NCBI GenBank assembly: GCA_964532425.1
Contig: CAZHIA010000001.1
Location: 270,846 to 334,845, forward strand
Length of the DNA stretch: 64,000 bases
DNA from: an uncultured Candidatus Saccharibacteria bacterium
Lineage (GTDB): Bacteria; Patescibacteriota; Doudnabacteria; UBA920
Direction of reading: 5' to 3'
Below the pieces are notes generated by a model. The model did no database searches. It saw nothing but the letters and a program-made list of their open reading frames with translations, and had not been told where the DNA came from. How positions within the stretch are numbered: the first letter of the stretch is position 1; every line of letters begins with the position of its first letter. The position numbers were made by a program, and so were the translations under genes. Shown piece after piece: positions 16,180-25,485 of the stretch.

Positions 16180-19100
16180 ATGTCCGAAGAGAAGCCACAA
16201 TCTACCGCACCAAATTTCGACCAGCTGGAACAAGAGGTTTTGAAGTTCTGGGACGAGAATCATATTTTCGAGAAGTCGCTGGAACAAACCAAGCACGGAA
16301 CACCGTACATTTTTTACGATGGCCCGCCGTTCGCTACGGGGTTGCCGCACTACGGCCATATTTTAGGCAGCGCGGTGAAAGATGCTTTCGGCCGCTACCA
16401 GACCATGAAGGGGCATTTTGTCCGGCGCCGCTGGGGCTGGGATTGCCATGGCTTGCCTATCGAGAACATCGTCGAACAGAATCTGAAAATCTCGGGCAAG
16501 AAGCAGATTGAAGAAGTCGGGGTGGAGCGTTTTAACCGCATCTGCCGCGAGAATGTGTTGCGATTTGCCGAAGAGTGGGGGAAGATGGTCAGGAGAATGG
16601 GCCGCTGGGTGGATTTTCAGAATTCCTATAAGACCATGGATACCACCTACATGGAAAGCGTGTGGTGGGGCCTCAAGCAGATTTGGGACAAGGGGCTCAT
16701 ATACGAAGACCGCAAAGTGCTGCTGTACTGTTCGCGCTGCGAAACGCCGATCAGTAATTTTGAAGTGGCCATGGACAACAGCTATCGCGATGTGACCGAA
16801 GAGTCCGTGTTCGCCAAATTCAAAATGCTGCCGCGCCAGCGCATCGTGAATGACCTGACCAATGACAAGACCTATGCCCTGGCCTGGACCACTACGCCGT
16901 GGACCCTGCCCGGCAACACCTCGCTTAACATCGGCCCGGACATAACGTATGTCATGGTAGAAATGGACAGTGGCGAGCGCTACATTCTCGCCAAGGACCG
17001 GCTGTCGGTCTTGTCCGAACCATATGAACTAGTGTCGGAATATCCGGCTCGCTCGCTGGAAGGATTGATGTACGAGCCGCTCTATCCTGGTGTAATCCGC
17101 GATCCGAACAACCGCGCCCACAAAATTTACCAAGCTAGCTTCGTGACCACCACTGACGGCACTGGCATCGTCCATAATGCGGCCATGTACGGTGAGGAGG
17201 ACTACCAACTGGCCAAGGAAAAGGGTTTGCCACGCGTGGATATGCTCGATCACAAAGGACAGTACTTGGAAATGGCACCGGAACATTTGCGCGGAGTCTT
17301 CTTTAAGGACGCGGACAAGATCATCCTGAAGGAGTTGAAAGAAAAAGGTTTGGTTTATAAGACCATGGCTTACCGCCACAGCTACCCGCACTGCTACCGC
17401 TGTGGCACGCCGCTGTTTTACAATGCCCTGCCTGCCTGGTTCATCAACATCCAACAGGTTAAGCCGCGATTGCGCCAGCTGAATAACCAGGAGATTAACT
17501 GGTATCCGGCGCATTTGAAGGAAGGCCGGTTCGACAAGAGCATGGAAAGCGCGCCGGACTGGAATATTTCCCGCAACCGCTATTGGGCTACGGCTTTGCC
17601 GTTTTGGAAATGCGATACTAAGGAATGTGGAAACGTCACATGTGTCGGGTCGGTTGCAGAGTTGAAAGAAAAAGCCACGAATTTTTCTCAAATTTATCCC
17701 AATTACGGATTACGGATTACGGATTCGGGGGCAACTGGCAGTGTTGCCGAACTGGATTTGCACAGGCCGTATATCGACCAGGTGGTGCTTAAGTGCGGGA
17801 AGTGCGGGGGAGAAATGCACCGCATTCCCGAAGTCGTGGACTGCTGGGTGGAAAGCGCGAGCATGCCGTTTGCGGAACTCCACTTTCCGTTTGAGAACAA
17901 CGCGGATCGAAACGCTGAACAATCGTTGATGTCGACTGCAGCCGCTGATGGCTCGCTGAATGACATGAATTTGTCAGGGATTATGGGTGGGTCTGATGTT
18001 GCCCCGACGACGCCTGCCGATGTTCAGCATCATTCCGCGTCAGATTCCGCGCCCTTCCGCGGTGTTGAAGACTTCCAGCATCGTTTCCCGGCGGATTTCG
18101 TGGCAGAGTATATCGCCCAAACACGTGCCTGGTTTTATGTCATGCACGTGGTCTCGACTGTCATCTTCGACCATGCCCCGTTCAGAAATGTGGTGACTAC
18201 GGGAACCGTACTGGCCGAAGACGGAAGCAAGATGAGCAAATCGAAGAATAATTTCCCGGATCCCTGGCTGCTTATAGAAAAATTCGGTATTGATGCCGTG
18301 CGGTTTTACCTGTTGTCCAGCCCGGTCATGAACGCCGATGATTTGAACTTCGCGGAAAAGAGCGTACAGGAAGTCAATCGCAAAGTGAGCCTGCTCCTCT
18401 ATAATTCCCTGACCTTCCTGCGCCTGTATACCTCGGGCAAGTTCGAAGACGTAAAACCTGAGTCATCAAATGTGCTTGACCGCTGGGTGCTGGCGCGCCT
18501 GGGTCAAACCAAGCGCGAAGTGACGCAGCAGATGGATGGCTACAATACGGTCAAAGCTTGCCGTGCCGTGGTTGATTTCGTAAACGACCTTTCCACCTGG
18601 TATTTGCGTCGCAGCCGCGACCGCATGAAGGCTGAGACCGAAGAAGGGAAAGTGGCTCTGTCTACGCTGGCATATGCCCTGGCTGAGACTGCCAAGCTGC
18701 TCGCTCCGGTTATGCCGTTCTTGGCGGATTACATCTATCGTGATGTGACCGGCAAGGAATCCGTGCACCTGGCTCAGTGGCCAGCCCAGACCGAGCATGT
18801 TGATGAGACTTTACTTAAGGCCATGGAAGCCGTGCGGGAAATTGTCTCGGTGGGTTTGAATGCCCGCAAGGAATTGAAGCTGCCGGTCCGCCAGCCATTG
18901 CAATCTTTGGCATACTCCGTCAAGGATGGTGCCGTTGAGGTTGCCGACAGTATGTATGTCCAGCTCATTCTCGATGAGCTCAACGTCAAGCAGTTGAATC
19001 CGCAGCTTCTGGACCAGCATACCCGTCCGGCGACAGCCAAGATCTTCACGGGTACCAACCTGGTCTCCCAGTTCTATTTGGACACAGCTTTAACGCCCGA

Positions 19101-19362
19101 ACTGAAAGCGGAAGGGTATGCCCGCGAACTGGAGCGGAGCGTTCAGGACCTGCGCAAGCGCAGCGGGCTGAAAGTGGGTGAATTAGTCGACGTCTATTAC
19201 AACACTCAGGAAGAATCTCTGGAGGAGCCACTGCTTAACCTGTTCGACCGCAAGAAGACTTACGTGAGCCAGATCTCCAAGAGTCTGGAAGTAGAAGCCG
19301 ACTTTGAAACTCAGGCCGACATTGACGGCAAGGGGATATGGCTGGGAATCGTGAAAATATAG
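16180..19362 (+). CDS. ileS: isoleucine--tRNA ligase
   Basis: 1060 aa. HIGH (PHYGHIL) and KMSKS present. It carries two low-complexity insertions, including an ATTACGG x3 microsatellite at 17697..17720. Confidence 0.95.
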   Translation: MSEEKPQSTAPNFDQLEQEVLKFWDENHIFEKSLEQTKHGTPYIFYDGPPFATGLPHYGHILGSAVKDAFGRYQTMKGHFVRRRWGWDCHGLPIENIVEQNLKISGKKQIEEVGVERFNRICRENVLRFAEEWGKMVRRMGRWVDFQNSYKTMDTTYMESVWWGLKQIWDKGLIYEDRKVLLYCSRCETPISNFEVAMDNSYRDVTEESVFAKFKMLPRQRIVNDLTNDKTYALAWTTTPWTLPGNTSLNIGPDITYVMVEMDSGERYILAKDRLSVLSEPYELVSEYPARSLEGLMYEPLYPGVIRDPNNRAHKIYQASFVTTTDGTGIVHNAAMYGEEDYQLAKEKGLPRVDMLDHKGQYLEMAPEHLRGVFFKDADKIILKELKEKGLVYKTMAYRHSYPHCYRCGTPLFYNALPAWFINIQQVKPRLRQLNNQEINWYPAHLKEGRFDKSMESAPDWNISRNRYWATALPFWKCDTKECGNVTCVGSVAELKEKATNFSQIYPNYGLRITDSGATGSVAELDLHRPYIDQVVLKCGKCGGEMHRIPEVVDCWVESASMPFAELHFPFENNADRNAEQSLMSTAAADGSLNDMNLSGIMGGSDVAPTTPADVQHHSASDSAPFRGVEDFQHRFPADFVAEYIAQTRAWFYVMHVVSTVIFDHAPFRNVVTTGTVLAEDGSKMSKSKNNFPDPWLLIEKFGIDAVRFYLLSSPVMNADDLNFAEKSVQEVNRKVSLLLYNSLTFLRLYTSGKFEDVKPESSNVLDRWVLARLGQTKREVTQQMDGYNTVKACRAVVDFVNDLSTWYLRRSRDRMKAETEEGKVALSTLAYALAETAKLLAPVMPFLADYIYRDVTGKESVHLAQWPAQTEHVDETLLKAMEAVREIVSVGLNARKELKLPVRQPLQSLAYSVKDGAVEVADSMYVQLILDELNVKQLNPQLLDQHTRPATAKIFTGTNLVSQFYLDTALTPELKAEGYARELERSVQDLRKRSGLKVGELVDVYYNTQEESLEEPLLNLFDRKKTYVSQISKSLEVEADFETQADIDGKGIWLGIVKI

Positions 19363-19480
19363 TAATCTCGAATATAACGAATACAGCGCAAATATACTTA
19401 TGCTGCTGGCCGTTCTTATCAACAAAGGATGGTGTGCGGTATTCGTATATTTGTGCTTGATTTGTATATTAGAGAATACT
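19363..19480. repeat. roughly 120 bp MITE-like intergenic element, copy A (terminal inverted repeats GTAATCTCGAATATAACG / CGTATATTAGAGAATAC)
   Basis: About 88% identical to 27667..27790. It begins at the ileS stop codon (TAGTAATCTCG...) and ends just before the recO start. Confidence 0.75.
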
Positions 19481-19484
19481 ACTT

Positions 19485-20219
19485 ATGTCCAGAGAGAATG
19501 CCTATAATGCCTTCATCCTCAAAAAGCAGCCCTACGGCGAAGGTGATGAACTGATTACGGTGTATACGGAGGAAGCGGGGAAGCTGCGGGTGCTAGCCAA
19601 GTCGGTTAAGTTCAGCAAAAGCAAGCTGCAGTACAATTTGCAGTCCTTGTTTTTGGTGCGTCTTTCCGTGGCAGGTACACATTTGCCGCGCATTATCGGT
19701 TCCGAAGCACAGCAAATGTATCCGCTCTTGCGGGAACGGATGGAAGCAGTCCAGGCAGCTCTCTACGGTACGGAACTGCTCCTGAAGTTCACCCCGGACG
19801 AACAAAAGAATGAGCACCTATTCCTCCTGTTTGGAAAATTTTTGTCGTTTTTGGACCGGCTTGGGGAGAATCCGGCCGCGCTGCCGTGGGGTCTCATTAA
19901 ATATAAGATAGAATTTATGGAAGCCATTGGACTTGGCGTCCAGCATAATGATACGCCCGCAGGTGTTCCGCTTGGATTCTCGATGTCGCGCGGCGGGTTC
20001 ACTGCCGATGATGACTCCTTGGACTTCCAGCCAGTTAGCCCGCTCGTGCTGGCCCAGTATAAAGCCATGCTTGCAGCCTCCTTTGACGATTTGCTGAAAC
20101 CGGCTGCCAATACCCACTTGCCGCAAGGTGAGCCGGCCGAGCTGCAGCAGCTGTTATCCGGCTTCGTTACCAGCCAACTGGAGCGGGACGTGAAGTCAGA
20201 GCGGTTTTTGAAATTGTGA
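19485..20219 (+). CDS. recO: DNA repair protein RecO
   Basis: N-terminal OB-fold region (AFILKKQPYGEGDELITVYTEEAGKLRVLAKSVKFSKSKLQ). Size 244 aa. Sits in a replication/repair gene context. Confidence 0.8.
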   Translation: MSRENAYNAFILKKQPYGEGDELITVYTEEAGKLRVLAKSVKFSKSKLQYNLQSLFLVRLSVAGTHLPRIIGSEAQQMYPLLRERMEAVQAALYGTELLLKFTPDEQKNEHLFLLFGKFLSFLDRLGENPAALPWGLIKYKIEFMEAIGLGVQHNDTPAGVPLGFSMSRGGFTADDDSLDFQPVSPLVLAQYKAMLAASFDDLLKPAANTHLPQGEPAELQQLLSGFVTSQLERDVKSERFLKL

Positions 20220-20227
20220 TATAATGG

Positions 20228-20328
20228 AATTGACAAATTAACAGATTAACAAATTAACAAATTGACTACAGAACTGCTCAATTGAGTCAATTTGTTAATT
20301 TGTGAATTATAAAATTTGTTAATTTCTT
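20228..20328. promoter_or_regulatory. AT-rich inverted-repeat array (GACAAATTAACA / TGTTAATTTGTC) containing TTGACA and TATAAAAT elements upstream of the 20329 gene
   Basis: gacaaattaacagattaacaaattaacaaattgac ... gtcaatttgttaatttgtgaattataaaatttgttaattt. Confidence 0.45.
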
Positions 20329-22215
20329 ATGTCTAATCAAGAAACAAATACCGAGGAATACGATCCCCAAGAATCCGAACCGGCGGATTTTCAACCCCGC
20401 CGGGTGGAGCAACCGATCGTCGACTCTGAACTTCGTTCGCGCGTGGAAGAATCCGACCAGGAGCCCGCGGCTGAGCCGAAGAGTTTTTATCAAGCCAATA
20501 AAGTGTTCATTTGGGCCATTGCCGGCGGATTGGTCATTATCGCTGCACTCTTTTTTGTATTGCTCAGAAAGCCCAAGCAGGTAGCGCCGACCCAAGCCAA
20601 AGTTGACGTGGCTATTACCCTGAACGGAGATCCTTCAGCCACTTCCGTGGCTAATAACGGTGAGGCGATCTATTACGTCAAAGTGGCCAATAAGGACGTG
20701 CAGAAGCTGACGAACGTCCAGTTGGAACTGGATTATCCGGAAGGCTTTGCCTACATTGACAGTACTCCGGCCGCCCAACCAAGCCTGGATAAGAGCCAGT
20801 CGATGTTTAGCATACCGGATTTGCAGCCGAACGGCCCTGAGGTCACCGTTATCGTCAAGACCAGAGCGTCCGGCAATGTGAATGACACCAAGACTCTGCA
20901 TGCCATTCTCCACTACCATTTCAGCAATTTCAATTCCGATTTTACGACGAAAAAGGATTTCGATATTCAGTTAGCTGCGGCACAAATTACGCTCGACCTG
21001 TCCGGTCCGCAATCGGTTACGCCGGGACAGATTGTGGTCTACACCGCTCATTATGTGAATAATTCAGACGGAGACCTAAAAAACGTCAAGATTCGCTTTA
21101 CGTATCCGCCTGGATTCTCCTTTGCTGCGGGTAATCCGCAGCCAAGCATTGGCAATAATGTCTGGAATCTCGGTACCGTATTAAAGGGCGGTGAGGGCAC
21201 GGTTGCGGTGCAGGGGTCGTTTACTTCGACCAATCCTGGCGAAAATAAGACCGTACAAACCGACCTCGTTACCACCGGTCCTGACGGCAGTGAACTGGTG
21301 CAAAATACTGCCCAGTTCTCTACGGGCATCGCCAGCACGCCGCTGCAGGTGACCCAGCAGCTCGATTCCAGCGAAGCGCCGATGACTGTGGATCCCGGCC
21401 AGACCATCACGTATGACATTAAATACCAGAATAATGCTTCGACCGCGGCTACCGGTGTGAACATTGTCATGACTCTGGATTCCAAGGCGCTTGATCTTTC
21501 CACGATTCGGGCTGAGGGCGCGCAGGTGACCGGCAGTACGCTGACCTGGAACGCTTCCATGGTACCGAAGCTTGAAACACTGGCGCCGAACGAATCAGGC
21601 GACGTAAAAGTGACGATACAGGTGAAAAATCCAGCCACGAAGGACTCTTCAAAGAATTTGAATGTGAATAGCTCTGTCAAAATCAAGTCCAATGAATACA
21701 TGTCGTATTTCAACGGCGGTGACTTGCAACTAAAAGTTACGAGCCCGGCGATCTTAAGCAAATCGCTCCTGTATTCCGACGGCCAGCTGCCGCCGCAGGT
21801 CGGCAAGACGACGACCTATAACGTCAGCTTGCAGCTATCGAACTCCACCAATGACTTCAGTAGCACGGTCGTAACTGCCTTCATCCCGCTCGGCCCTTCG
21901 GGTTTTGTCCAGGGAAGCGTGAACGCCGACCAGGTTTCCAATGTCAACTATGATCCTGCTACCGGCAAATTGACATGGAATGTCGGCAGCCTGCCGGCTC
22001 ATGCCGGACAGTTTAGTCCGGCCAAAGCGCTCCGTTTCCAGGTTAAGCTGAATCCATCATCCTCTATGGCCGGCAGCCAGCCGGTTCTGGTCAAGAATAT
22101 CCAGTTTACAGCCACTGACACCTATACCGGCCAGCAAGTTACGGGCAGCGCCGAAGATGTGACCACGGATGACATACCGGGCAATAGCTATGGCAATGGT
22201 TCGGTACAGCAGTGA
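20329..22215 (+). CDS. membrane-anchored surface protein with tandem DUF11/CARDB-like beta-sandwich repeats
   Basis: Acidic N-terminus, one TM (VFIWAIAGGLVIIAALFFVLL), then repeated roughly 110 aa modules rich in T/N/G/V (e.g. YYVKVANKDVQKLTNVQLELDYPEGF, VYTAHYVNNSDGDLKNVKIRFTYPPGF). Confidence 0.5.
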   Translation: MSNQETNTEEYDPQESEPADFQPRRVEQPIVDSELRSRVEESDQEPAAEPKSFYQANKVFIWAIAGGLVIIAALFFVLLRKPKQVAPTQAKVDVAITLNGDPSATSVANNGEAIYYVKVANKDVQKLTNVQLELDYPEGFAYIDSTPAAQPSLDKSQSMFSIPDLQPNGPEVTVIVKTRASGNVNDTKTLHAILHYHFSNFNSDFTTKKDFDIQLAAAQITLDLSGPQSVTPGQIVVYTAHYVNNSDGDLKNVKIRFTYPPGFSFAAGNPQPSIGNNVWNLGTVLKGGEGTVAVQGSFTSTNPGENKTVQTDLVTTGPDGSELVQNTAQFSTGIASTPLQVTQQLDSSEAPMTVDPGQTITYDIKYQNNASTAATGVNIVMTLDSKALDLSTIRAEGAQVTGSTLTWNASMVPKLETLAPNESGDVKVTIQVKNPATKDSSKNLNVNSSVKIKSNEYMSYFNGGDLQLKVTSPAILSKSLLYSDGQLPPQVGKTTTYNVSLQLSNSTNDFSSTVVTAFIPLGPSGFVQGSVNADQVSNVNYDPATGKLTWNVGSLPAHAGQFSPAKALRFQVKLNPSSSMAGSQPVLVKNIQFTATDTYTGQQVTGSAEDVTTDDIPGNSYGNGSVQQ

Positions 22216-22283
22216 CAGGGATAGTGCTGAGTGAATAGCGAATAGTGAATAGTCGAAAGTGAAAAGTTATCAAGTTGAAAGAA

Positions 22284-22312
22284 AATCCCGAAGCATGCGC
22301 TTCGGGGTTTTA
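22284..22312 (+). terminator. rho-independent terminator
   Basis: AAATCCCGAAGC-atgc-GCTTCGGGGTTTTAAT. Confidence 0.7.
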
Positions 22313-22330
22313 ATATCCTGCGGCTCCTAA

Positions 22331-22366
22331 AACGTTGATCGTTCGCGGCCGCGAACGATCAACGTT
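22331..22366. repeat. 36 bp perfect palindrome AACGTTGATCGTTCGCGGCCGCGAACGATCAACGTT (P1 family)
   Basis: Identical in architecture to the palindromes flanking the 13250 gene. Confidence 0.85.
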
Positions 22367-22425
22367 GGTGTATTTATGGATGTTCAGTGATTGCGAATCC
22401 TTTCGAGGTTTGATATGCTGCTGTC

Positions 22426-23043
22426 ATGAGAAAACTCTTTTTGACATCAGCTTTTGACCGGGTAGCGGCACCGGTCATGGAATATTTGTGGGAGCATCAG
22501 AAGACCAAGGTTGCTTATATTCCGACGGCTTTTGAAATATATAAAGAAGCACCGTGGGCTGAGGTAAACAGGAAGTTGTTTTCGAGGCAGGGTTTTACTA
22601 TGATTGATACACCAGTCTCGCGGATGACAAAAGATGATCTGATCAGCAAATTAGGCGAAATAAATGTTTTGTTTATCGAAGGAGGCAATACGACATACTT
22701 GCTGCAAAAGTGTTTGGAGAGCGGTCTTTGCGAGCTTATACTGAGCCTGGTTGAAACGGGGGTTGTGTATATCGGTTCCAGTGCCGGATCAATTGTGGCT
22801 GGGCCGACCATTGCGCCGTTTATTCCGGAAGACATGAAGGAGTTACCGAGAGGTTATCAAATTTTATCCGATCGCGGTTTTGGATTGGTGCCGGAAGTTG
22901 TTTTGCCGCATTATGATACCGGAGAATTTGCAGCTGAAAATGATATGATCAAGGCTGAGTATGGATCTGCTTTGAAGTTGGTGCCTTTAAATGATGACCA
23001 GTATTTGGAAGTGACAGGGGGGAAGGTGGAATTGAAAGGGTGA
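22426..23043 (+). CDS. peptidase S51 family (dipeptidase E-like)
   Basis: VLFIEGGNTTYLL and the YIGSSAGS serine nucleophile motif. About 205 aa, as in PepE. Confidence 0.7.
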   Translation: MRKLFLTSAFDRVAAPVMEYLWEHQKTKVAYIPTAFEIYKEAPWAEVNRKLFSRQGFTMIDTPVSRMTKDDLISKLGEINVLFIEGGNTTYLLQKCLESGLCELILSLVETGVVYIGSSAGSIVAGPTIAPFIPEDMKELPRGYQILSDRGFGLVPEVVLPHYDTGEFAAENDMIKAEYGSALKLVPLNDDQYLEVTGGKVELKG

Positions 23044-23055
23044 TGGTTATATGTT

Positions 23056-23657
23056 GTAGGGACAGGTCGCGACCTGTCCGTACAGGGAACAGCTATGTTT
23101 CAAAGAAAAGCCAATCGTTTGCAAGAATACGATTATTCCCAGCCGGGGTATTACTTTATTACCCAGTGCGTACAAGATCGGAGATGTTGTTTGGGAGCGG
23201 TGGTCGGTGGGGAGATGGTGTTGAATGAATACGGGAAGATCGTGCAGCGACAATGGCAATGGTTGGCCGAACATTTTCCAAATGTACAATTAGATGAATT
23301 TCAGATCATGCCCAACCACGTGCATGGGATTGTGATCATAACCCCGGCGGGAAACGGCCAGGGTGGTGTGTTTGTAGGGGACGGTCGCGACCGTCCCGTA
23401 CAGAAACCGCTTCCCGATTTAATCGGCGCATTTAAAACCACATCGTCAAAACTGATCCACCGTGCAGGTTTTACCGATTTCTCTTGGCACCGGTCCTTCT
23501 ACGACCACGTCATCCGCAAAGACGAATCGTTAGACAAAGTAAGGGAGTACATTCGTAACAATCCCAAGCAGTGGGAATTGGATGAGGAGAACCCAATCAA
23601 TATAAAGAAAAGTTAAATACCCCCTGTAGGGACAGGCATTGCCTGCCCTCCATACAG
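23056..23657 (+). mobile_element. IS200-like RAYT element: REP-associated tyrosine transposase gene flanked by, and interrupted by, cognate REP palindromes
   Basis: REP copies at 23056..23085 (GTAGGGACAGGTCGCGACCTGTCCGTACAG), 23374..23403 (inside the ORF) and 23626..23657 surround the HUH transposase ORF. Confidence 0.7.
23095..23616 (+). CDS. REP-associated tyrosine transposase (RAYT, IS200/IS605 TnpA-like Y1 HUH transposase)
   Basis: HUH motif MPNHVHGIVII and the C-terminal catalytic-Tyr region SFYDHVIRKDESLDKVREYIRNNPKQWE. A roughly 14 aa insertion (GQGGVFVGDGRDRPVQKP) is encoded by an in-frame REP copy. Confidence 0.75.
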   Translation: MFQRKANRLQEYDYSQPGYYFITQCVQDRRCCLGAVVGGEMVLNEYGKIVQRQWQWLAEHFPNVQLDEFQIMPNHVHGIVIITPAGNGQGGVFVGDGRDRPVQKPLPDLIGAFKTTSSKLIHRAGFTDFSWHRSFYDHVIRKDESLDKVREYIRNNPKQWELDEENPINIKKS

Positions 23658-23692
23658 GTCGGTCATTGTTGGGGAATCACCAATAGCTGCCC

Positions 23693-23727
23693 TTACAAAA
23701 ACCGCCATCCATTCGGATGGCGGTTTA
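23693..23727 (-). terminator. terminator of the LysM-CHAP gene (minus strand)
   Basis: CCGCCATCC-gaat-GGATGGCGG followed by TTTTT on the minus strand. Confidence 0.65.
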
Positions 23728-23762
23728 CTATTCGCTATTTACTCTCCGCACTTCGCTACTCA

Positions 23763-24926
23763 CTAGGGGTGTATAAATCCTTTCACGCTCGAGCTGCCGA
23801 TCGGAATCCAGCGGTAGTCGACTTTGCCGAATTTTTCGTAGTTCATTTCCGAAACCAGGAAGCGGTCGTCTTCTACCTGTTCAACCAGCGCAACGTGGCC
23901 GTAACGGCGGCTGTCATTGGTGACCACGATGGATCCGACTGCCGGCGTGTTGCTTACCACGGCGCCATATGCCTTGGCGTTGGCCAGCCAGGATTTGGCA
24001 TTGCCGCCCCACGGCACATGAACTTTAGTCGAAACATAGTAGGTGCAATAGCCCCATGGGAACAAGTGCCCCGTGCCTTCGTCGTATACGCGCGGCGTTG
24101 CCACGCCGGAACCGCCTACCTTGCTCGGGTCGGTTTTTGGTTTGGGTTTGGCTTGCGGTTTGGGCGCTGGCGGCAGCGGCATATGGCCGCCCGGAACGAT
24201 AATCAGTTGTCCCGCCGTGATATCTTCGGCATTCTCCAGGCCGTTATATGAAATGATGGTATCGAGATTACCGGAGTATTTTTTGGCGATGTCGGGCAGG
24301 GTGTCATTGCTGGTGGCTTTGACCAGGACGCCGTTAGTCGGCAGAATAATTAACTGCCAACCGGGCTTTAATACGGTCGAAGTCGAGATCTTGTTGGCAT
24401 CAGCCAGTGTTTGTACGGTGATGCCGTTGGCAGTAGCGACGGAAGACAAGGTGTCCTTGTCTTTAGTCTCGTAGATTTTGATCTGTTTGGCAATGAGGCT
24501 GTCTACGCTGTCTGGGTTTGGTTTGACTATCGCGTTCTCGTTGATGACCAGTCCGAAATCGTCGGAGTTGTCAAAATATGAGTCGTTGGCATTCAGGCCT
24601 TGGAAATCATCGGCGCTGGCCTGGCTGATAAAACCGCCCGGACTGACCATGACGGTGTTAATGCTCGTTTCCTTGGCATAGAGCTTGTTGTTCAGGGACA
24701 CGTGGTAGGAGAGAAGTTTGGCAGCGTGGCTGTCATCGGTATACATGCGCGTATGGAAGAATCCGAAGTAGTAAATGTTCAGCCCACCGACGACAAAAAC
24801 CAAGCCCAGGACGAGCATCTCACTGGAGAATTTCAAAGATATATCCATCCAATCCATCTTTTTGACATGGACCGCTGGGAATGCGTTTATGTGAACTCGT
24901 TTGAACTGAGGCAGCCGCCGGCTCAC
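23763..24926 (-). CDS. membrane-anchored peptidoglycan hydrolase with two LysM domains and a C-terminal CHAP domain
   Basis: LysM-like segments (DTLSSVATANGITVQTLADANKI, DTLPDIAKKYSGNLDTIISYNGL). C-terminal Cys/His CHAP signature (GYCTYYV ... RYGHVALVE). The true start may be internal (MDWMDISL...). Confidence 0.7.
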   Translation of the reverse strand: MSRRLPQFKRVHINAFPAVHVKKMDWMDISLKFSSEMLVLGLVFVVGGLNIYYFGFFHTRMYTDDSHAAKLLSYHVSLNNKLYAKETSINTVMVSPGGFISQASADDFQGLNANDSYFDNSDDFGLVINENAIVKPNPDSVDSLIAKQIKIYETKDKDTLSSVATANGITVQTLADANKISTSTVLKPGWQLIILPTNGVLVKATSNDTLPDIAKKYSGNLDTIISYNGLENAEDITAGQLIIVPGGHMPLPPAPKPQAKPKPKTDPSKVGGSGVATPRVYDEGTGHLFPWGYCTYYVSTKVHVPWGGNAKSWLANAKAYGAVVSNTPAVGSIVVTNDSRRYGHVALVEQVEDDRFLVSEMNYEKFGKVDYRWIPIGSSSVKGFIHP

Positions 24927-25485
24927 CTGGAACAGGAATTTCTTGGTGTAATACTGGCTGATGAATGCAAGCTTGGCGTAGAATTTTTTGTACGCCTGGA
25001 GCTGGATTTTGAGACGGTGTATAGTATCTCCCTTACCTTGCCTGTCCCTTTAAACTATCGAAGCATCGTCCTGAAACAGCGGACGGACAAGGTTTGATAT
25101 CCACGCGATTACGGGCAATTAAAAAAACATAGAAAAGGCCGGACTGTTCCAGTTAGGGTCTTGCTCTATGTATTGAATCTGCCATGGACATCTTTATGAT
25201 ATTCTGCAAATTTCTTAGTTTATGGTTATCTGTTAAAAGTCTACCAAAGCGGCACCGGCGGGGCAAGAAGATTCTCCACAGGATAGCTTAAATAAGCCTA
25301 GTATAAGCCAAAAAACATAAATTTCAGCTTAAGTAAGCAAAAATATCATGGTGCTGAAAAACCCTGCCGTACATACGCGGGGTTTGGGGTAGCTGACGGT
25401 GCAGCCTTTGTAGCTTTACATGCCGAGTTCATGAGTTCGAGAGTATGATATAATTCAGAAGAATTGAGAACGCGCATACCATATT

